From an uncultured virus (IMG/VR IMGVR_UViG_3300002839_000259) (Duplodnaviria > Heunggongvirae > Uroviricota > Caudoviricetes), in the IMG/VR virus record IMGVR_UViG_3300002839_000259: a stretch of 64,000 nt of DNA; one strand, written 5' to 3'. Positions 58,785 through 64,000 of this stretch are shown here, piece by piece. Both the position numbers and the translations under genes were made by a program. Position 1 is the first letter of the stretch; each line of letters opens with the position of its first letter. The notes under the pieces were generated by a model. The model saw nothing but the letters and a program-made list of their open reading frames with translations. It had not been told where the DNA came from and searched no databases.

Positions 58785-59147
58785 ATGATGCATGAAAATA
58801 TTTGTCTAACAAGGCATGACAAATTGGTTCGAGACAAAATAATTGATAATTTATCAAACAAAAATATTTCAACCGAATATCAGATACTTATTTCCGACGC
58901 GGACTTTCATGCTGCGCTGACAACTAAGCTCAAAGAAGAAGTCGACGAATATATCGCTGACAACAATGAAGCTGAATTGGCCGATATCGTGGAAGTAATA
59001 AAAGCTATCATGCAACTGAAAAACATCAGTGAACACGCACTTGAAAAAACCCGGTTAGAAAAGCTCGCCAAAAACGGAGGCTTCGAAAAACGGATTTATC
59101 TAAAAACAACATCAGAAAAATATGACAAAACTAAGAAAGTACGGTAA
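58785..59147 (+). CDS. MazG-like nucleoside triphosphate pyrophosphohydrolase
   Basis: KLVRDKI...KLKEEVDEY....ELADIVEVI...K..KNGGFEKRIYL. Confidence 0.85.
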   Translation: MMHENICLTRHDKLVRDKIIDNLSNKNISTEYQILISDADFHAALTTKLKEEVDEYIADNNEAELADIVEVIKAIMQLKNISEHALEKTRLEKLAKNGGFEKRIYLKTTSEKYDKTKKVR

Positions 59148-59150
59148 ACA

Positions 59151-59477
59151 ATGATGTTAACACATATTGAGCAAAATCCAGACATTCAAGCAGCTGCCAA
59201 AGCGACTAAAACAGTTATCATTTGTGGAGGCTGTCAAGGACACACCATCAGTGCAATGATTGTTAAAAAAATAAACGATACAACAGACAACGAGCCAAGT
59301 TTGGCACTTGTTGAACCACCGAAATTAATCAATGTAAACTACTTAACATCTTTCGATTTTGGAGACAACATGTGTGAAGAACCTAACTACATACAGAGAA
59401 AACCGTTCAAAAAAACAATGACTCACGCAGCTAAAAAAGCTCAAAGTAAAAAAATAAAGAGACAGAAAGCAAAATAA
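59151..59477 (+). CDS. Hypothetical protein
   Basis: 108 aa, coupled to nrdD. Confidence 0.55.
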   Translation: MMLTHIEQNPDIQAAAKATKTVIICGGCQGHTISAMIVKKINDTTDNEPSLALVEPPKLINVNYLTSFDFGDNMCEEPNYIQRKPFKKTMTHAAKKAQSKKIKRQKAK

Positions 59478-61786
59478 TGAAAAATCAAATTTCTAAACGC
59501 AATGGCCAGACCGTTGCCTTCGACAAACAAAAAATATTCAATGCAATTCGTAAAGCAAACACACACGTTACCGATGAAAACATCCATGACATTCAAAGTT
59601 TGACAGATCGTGTTGTTGCCAAATTGGATCCCAATAAAGTGCCATCGGTCGAAGCAATCCAGGACATGGTTGAAGAAGTCTTAATTCAAGCAAATTATGC
59701 CAAGACCGCCAAAGCCTATATTTTATATCGAGCACAACACTCGAAAGCTCGCCAGACTCAAAGCAACCTGATGGATGTCTACAAAGAGCTGACATTCAAA
59801 AGCGCCAAAGATGCCGATCTCAAACGGGAGAACGCGAATATCGACGCCGACACGCCTATGGGCACAATGCTAAAATACGGCTCAGAAAGCTCCAAATATT
59901 TTATCAACAACTATGTATTACCTGACGATATGGCAACAGCCCATACCAACGGTGACATCCATATTCACGATTTAGACTTTTACGCATTAACCGAAACTTG
60001 TTGCCAAATTGACCTACTAAAATTATTTAAAGACGGATTTCAAACCGGTCACGGTTCAATACGTGAACCAAAATCAATAAATGTCTATGCTGCACTCGCT
60101 TGCATCGCCATACAATCAAATCAGAACGAAATGCACGGCGGGCAGGGAATTCCTAACTTTGATTATGCAATGGCACCAGGCGTTGCGAAAACATTTAGAA
60201 AGTTTTATTTCAAAGCGTTGGGTGAGTATCTCAAAATTCGATTTAATATGAAAAGTAACGTTGTTCAAGACATTGTGTCTCAATTAAAAATACAACCAAT
60301 TCAACCGAAAATCAGTGACTCGGATCAATATTTATCAACATTAAAAACGGTATTGGATGAGTTTATACCCGGTAATACCGTCGACACACACCAATATGCC
60401 GAAGATACGGCATTTGATGAAACTAATGTCGCAACAATGCAAAGTATGGAGAGTTTGATTCATAATCTAAACACCATGCATTCCAGGGCCGGCGCCCAGG
60501 TGCCGTTTTCATCAATCAACTACGGAACTGACACGTCATCTGAAGGCCGCATGGTCATCAAGAATTTATTGTTGGCAACGATCCGAGGTATGGGCAACGG
60601 TGAAACGCCGATCTTCCCTGTTCAGATTTTCAAAGTCAAAGACGGTGTCAATTATGAACCAGGTGATCCAAACTACGATTTATTTAAACTGGCCATTAAG
60701 ACCAGTGCTAAACGATTATTCCCGAATTTTAGTTTCTTAGATGCACCATTTAATTTGCAATATTATAAAGACGGTGACTATGATACCGAAGTAGCCTACA
60801 TGGGTTGCCGCACCAGGGTCATGGGTAATACCTATGATAAAACCAGGGAAACCACCAATGGCCGTGGCAACTTAAGTTTCACCTCGATCAACTTACCGAG
60901 AATTGCCATCGAAGCCAACAAAGACATTGATAAATTATATGAACTGCTGGATCAGCGTATTGAGCTGGTCATCGCGCAATTGTTGCATCGCTACGGCATC
61001 CAGAGCAGCAAGACCGTTAAAAATTATCCGTTCCTGATGGGCCAAGGTGTCTGGATTGATTCCGATAAGTTAAAACCCAATGATACCGTTGCCGAAATTT
61101 TAAAACATGGCTCACTCAGTGTCGGCTTTATTGGACTGGCTGAAGCCCTGACAGCTCTAACAGGTAATCATCACGGCGAAAATACTGAGAGTCAAGCTCT
61201 GGGTCTCGCTATAATTGGACACATGCGGGAAAAAATGGATGAAGCATCTGAACACTATCAAATGAATTTCACATTACTTGCTACTCCAGCAGAAGGTCTT
61301 AGTGGTCGCTTTGTAAAAATGGATCAAGCCAAATATGGTGTAATTCATGGTGTTACTGACAAAGACTATTATACAAACAGTTTTCACGTGCCGGTTGGCT
61401 ATCAGCTCTCGGCACATAAGAAGATCAAGACTGAAGCACCATATCACAATTTGACGAATGCTGGACACATAAGCTACGTTGAATTCGACGGTGATATGGC
61501 CTCAAATCTGGAAGCCTACGAAAAAGTCGTCCGCGCTATGAAAGAAAGTGGCATCGGATATGGATCAGTGAATCACCCTGTTGACAGGGACCCAATTTGC
61601 GGATATAACGGCATTATCGGTAACGAATGTCCACAGTGCCATCGTATCGAAGATGACGAAAATCAAGGCTTCGAACGCATCAGACGCATCACTGGCTACT
61701 TAGTTGGAACAGTTGATCGCTGGAATGATGCCAAACGGGCTGAAGAAAAGGATCGTGTTAAACATGGAGTTGCAACTCAGAATTAA
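59477..61786 (+). CDS. nrdD: Anaerobic (class III) ribonucleoside-triphosphate reductase
   Basis: ATP-cone, HIHDLDFY, TCCQ, MGCR, YYTNSFHV, RRITGYL glycyl-radical motif. Confidence 0.96.
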   Translation: MKNQISKRNGQTVAFDKQKIFNAIRKANTHVTDENIHDIQSLTDRVVAKLDPNKVPSVEAIQDMVEEVLIQANYAKTAKAYILYRAQHSKARQTQSNLMDVYKELTFKSAKDADLKRENANIDADTPMGTMLKYGSESSKYFINNYVLPDDMATAHTNGDIHIHDLDFYALTETCCQIDLLKLFKDGFQTGHGSIREPKSINVYAALACIAIQSNQNEMHGGQGIPNFDYAMAPGVAKTFRKFYFKALGEYLKIRFNMKSNVVQDIVSQLKIQPIQPKISDSDQYLSTLKTVLDEFIPGNTVDTHQYAEDTAFDETNVATMQSMESLIHNLNTMHSRAGAQVPFSSINYGTDTSSEGRMVIKNLLLATIRGMGNGETPIFPVQIFKVKDGVNYEPGDPNYDLFKLAIKTSAKRLFPNFSFLDAPFNLQYYKDGDYDTEVAYMGCRTRVMGNTYDKTRETTNGRGNLSFTSINLPRIAIEANKDIDKLYELLDQRIELVIAQLLHRYGIQSSKTVKNYPFLMGQGVWIDSDKLKPNDTVAEILKHGSLSVGFIGLAEALTALTGNHHGENTESQALGLAIIGHMREKMDEASEHYQMNFTLLATPAEGLSGRFVKMDQAKYGVIHGVTDKDYYTNSFHVPVGYQLSAHKKIKTEAPYHNLTNAGHISYVEFDGDMASNLEAYEKVVRAMKESGIGYGSVNHPVDRDPICGYNGIIGNECPQCHRIEDDENQGFERIRRITGYLVGTVDRWNDAKRAEEKDRVKHGVATQN

Positions 61787-62237
61787 TGATGTAATTCCCG
61801 AATCAATTGTTGATGGACCAGGCATCCGCTATGTGATTTTCACGCAGGGATGCCCTCATCACTGCCCTCACTGTCATAACCCGCAGACACATGATTTTGC
61901 GGGTGGGTGCCTGAAAGACATTAACGATCTGTATGACGAGATCATTGAGAATCCGTTACTGCAAGGTGTTACGTTTAGTGGCGGCGAGCCGTTCTTGCAG
62001 CCAAAACCACTAACGATTCTGGCCAAAAAATTAAAACAAAACGGTCTTGATGTTGTGACCTATACTGGCTTTATTTATGAAAGTCTCAAACACATTGGCA
62101 CCGATGAGTTAGACTTATTGGCCGTCACCGATGTTCTCATCGACGGTGCATTTGACTATAATAAGCGCGATGCTTCGCTAAAATTCAGAGGCAGCGCCAA
62201 TCAGCGAATAATTGATCTACATCACGGTTTGCAATAA
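61764..62237 (+). CDS. nrdG: Anaerobic RNR activating radical-SAM enzyme
   Basis: SIVDGPGIR..IFTQGCPHHCPHCHNP, SGGEP, FRGSANQR. Confidence 0.95.
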   Translation: MELQLRINDVIPESIVDGPGIRYVIFTQGCPHHCPHCHNPQTHDFAGGCLKDINDLYDEIIENPLLQGVTFSGGEPFLQPKPLTILAKKLKQNGLDVVTYTGFIYESLKHIGTDELDLLAVTDVLIDGAFDYNKRDASLKFRGSANQRIIDLHHGLQ

Positions 62238-62274
62238 TCGAAAAATAATCAAATTAAGAAAGTGTGGTGAAGAC

Positions 62275-62583
62275 GTGGTTATATTGGATTTTCTACCAAA
62301 AGAAGACGAGACGACGGGTGTGTCTTACCGACTAACGTATGACTGTAAATATTATCATATTGAAAAGCACATCCTTAGCTTTCTCGTTTCGAAAAAGCGA
62401 CTGTCTAAAAAAGCTGTCAATGAACAACTGGGCATTGATCTGACCAAAAAAGCACAAAAATGGAACATCAACACCACACGTTATTGCGAAGAAATAATAG
62501 CATATGATATTGAAACCGCACGAAAAATAGCAAGTTATCGACACGGAGTTAGGTCCGTCGATGAAATCAGTTTAATTGAATAA
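62275..62583 (+). CDS. Hypothetical protein (start uncertain)
   Basis: ORF after AGAAAGTG RBS. Confidence 0.5.
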   Translation: MVILDFLPKEDETTGVSYRLTYDCKYYHIEKHILSFLVSKKRLSKKAVNEQLGIDLTKKAQKWNINTTRYCEEIIAYDIETARKIASYRHGVRSVDEISLIE

Positions 62584-62811
62584 AAGAAAGCAAGAAAAAA
62601 TGGAAAACGATGCAAGTCTACGCACGAATGCTATATTAACGCCGTTGGTACAATTTGTAAGACTTAATCTAAATAATTTCACAGGCCGGAGTGTTGGTCA
62701 GAAAAAGTGTGAAACTTTTTCGAGAGAAGAATAAGAGCCTGAAATGCGGAGTGTTATTTCCAACATTTCAGGCTGATTAATAAAAAATATATAACTAAGG
62801 AGAAATAAAAA

Positions 62812-63198
62812 ATGGCAAATTATTACTGCGGTTGCGAACCGTTGAAGAATACTAAGATGAAAGATGCCAAAGCACATCTCATTCTGATTCAGCAATTAAA
62901 AGAACACGAATTACTCAACTGGTTGTTCAACGAAGACAGTCTGAGCACCGAAGGTGAGGTTAACGACGTCGTTTTGATCGAACAGGAAATGATTGATATC
63001 TCACTTAAACTAAAAGACATCTTGATCTGGGTTGACATTTATGCAAGTAATATCGAAATCTGGCGTGACTATTATTTAAACGGCCAAACCCAAATGGTCG
63101 AAGCAACGCTGCCTAATATCAGTTTTCCGGATCCCTCATGGACACCGATTTTGGACGATGTTAAATGGGACGCATCACTTTTACAACAAGTATGTTAG
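62812..63198 (+). CDS. Hypothetical protein, distant paralog of the 30117 N-domain
   Basis: IWRDYYLNGQTQ...ISFPD vs FQRHYFKDGQTN...IAYPE. Confidence 0.65.
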   Translation: MANYYCGCEPLKNTKMKDAKAHLILIQQLKEHELLNWLFNEDSLSTEGEVNDVVLIEQEMIDISLKLKDILIWVDIYASNIEIWRDYYLNGQTQMVEATLPNISFPDPSWTPILDDVKWDASLLQQVC

Positions 63199-63215
63199 TG
63201 AAAAAGAGTGTCGCA

Positions 63216-63461
63216 ATGACATTTGGTAAATTAATTTATGAAAAAAGAATGGCTCAAGGCGTGTCGGCTAACCAGTTGACCAAAACGATGCAGATGCCTA
63301 TGGACTGTTTGATCCACATTGAAAATAGTGACGGTTATATCATCGACAAAGCGGATCTCGACGGTTTTATTGCACGTCTTAGCTTGGATGCAGCAAAAGT
63401 CAATACCGTCGTTAAATCGCTTAATTGCGACAAAATTTTGATATGTGGTATGATTGTATGA
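63216..63461 (+). CDS. XRE-like helix-turn-helix protein
   Basis: TFGKLIYEKRMAQGVS..QL........L.HIEN. Confidence 0.6.
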   Translation: MTFGKLIYEKRMAQGVSANQLTKTMQMPMDCLIHIENSDGYIIDKADLDGFIARLSLDAAKVNTVVKSLNCDKILICGMIV

Positions 63462-63626
63462 GATCAGAAAATCTTTGCCAAATTGCGGATGCTTTAATCA
63501 AAAATTTGATATTAAACATATGCTCGAGCCAATCGAAATATCAATCGAACCGTTTGTATTAATCGTATAGCAAAAATCAAGCATGGCCACAACGGTTGTG
63601 CTCTTTTTTTGCTATACGAAATAAGT

Positions 63627-63647
63627 GCAATCATCGATTGCCGATGG
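63627..63647 (+). promoter_or_regulatory. Hairpin-CG motif (GCAATC family)
   Basis: GCAATC-ATC-GATTGC-CGATGG after a terminator, before dcd. Confidence 0.8.
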
Positions 63648-63711
63648 TGTTTGTAGTAAATAAAATAAAAATTAAATACAAGAAAATATGCATAAGAAAG
63701 TTGAAATAAAC

Positions 63712-64000
63712 ATGATTTTATCAGACAAAACCATTAATAAATATCTAGCAAGCGGAGAACTGGCAATTACACCATTTGAAGCAAAGAACGTGCAACCGGC
63801 CTCGATTGATATTCGCCTGGGTCGCAACTTCTTAAAAGTAGACGAAAATACAGCAACCTGTATGACCCTCACCGACGAAATAAAATACACACAAATAATC
63901 GCCGATGAGATAATTATTCCGTCACATTCGTTTTTACTGGCGACGACAATGGAATACATCAAATTATCGAACAATTTAACCGCTTTTGTTGAAGGTCGCA
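63712..64000 (+). CDS. dcd: dCTP deaminase (runs off the window end)
   Basis: Hand translation MILSDKTI...VQPASIDIRLG...FLLATTMEYIKL...AFVEGR. Confidence 0.92.
   Translation, partial: MILSDKTINKYLASGELAITPFEAKNVQPASIDIRLGRNFLKVDENTATCMTLTDEIKYTQIIADEIIIPSHSFLLATTMEYIKLSNNLTAFVEGR

Noticed and set aside
5798..63974. Numerous short ORFs antisense to or overlapping well-supported genes (e.g. 11945-12241, 33968-34453, 36688-37125, 58303-58872, 63672-63974)
   Set aside because: Shadow frames without RBS or recognisable motifs.

Overview
A low-GC, Firmicutes-type (Clostridia-like, anaerobe) large mobile replicon, most likely a megaplasmid or phage-plasmid. It carries a Rep_3 initiator with an iteron origin, a ParM/ParR partition pair, SSB, RecD2, a fused SbcD-SbcC, NrdDG and dCTP deaminase. 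It also carries many phage-like hypotheticals, two TnpB elements and a dispersed set of toxin-less antitoxin and repair genes (RnlB-like, NADAR, Panacea, RtcB, HD hydrolase, MazG-like). No virion or conjugation genes are visible in the window. The main unexplained signal is a ~21-nt intergenic motif found at least 19 times in one orientation: a 6-bp G..C-closed hairpin with four covarying stem families, a variable 2-5 nt loop and an invariant 3' CG(A/G) tail. It usually sits just after an intrinsic terminator and just before a + strand gene or ncRNA, so it behaves like a structure-specific promoter or cassette junction. Two units it heads are paralogous ~280-nt non-coding RNAs with anti-Shine-Dalgarno (UCCUCC) loops and a D-armless tRNA-like domain. 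Many of the element's own genes use a bulged RBS (AGAAAG-Y-GAG) that lacks GGAGG. All family assignments are from motif recognition by eye, not database searches.
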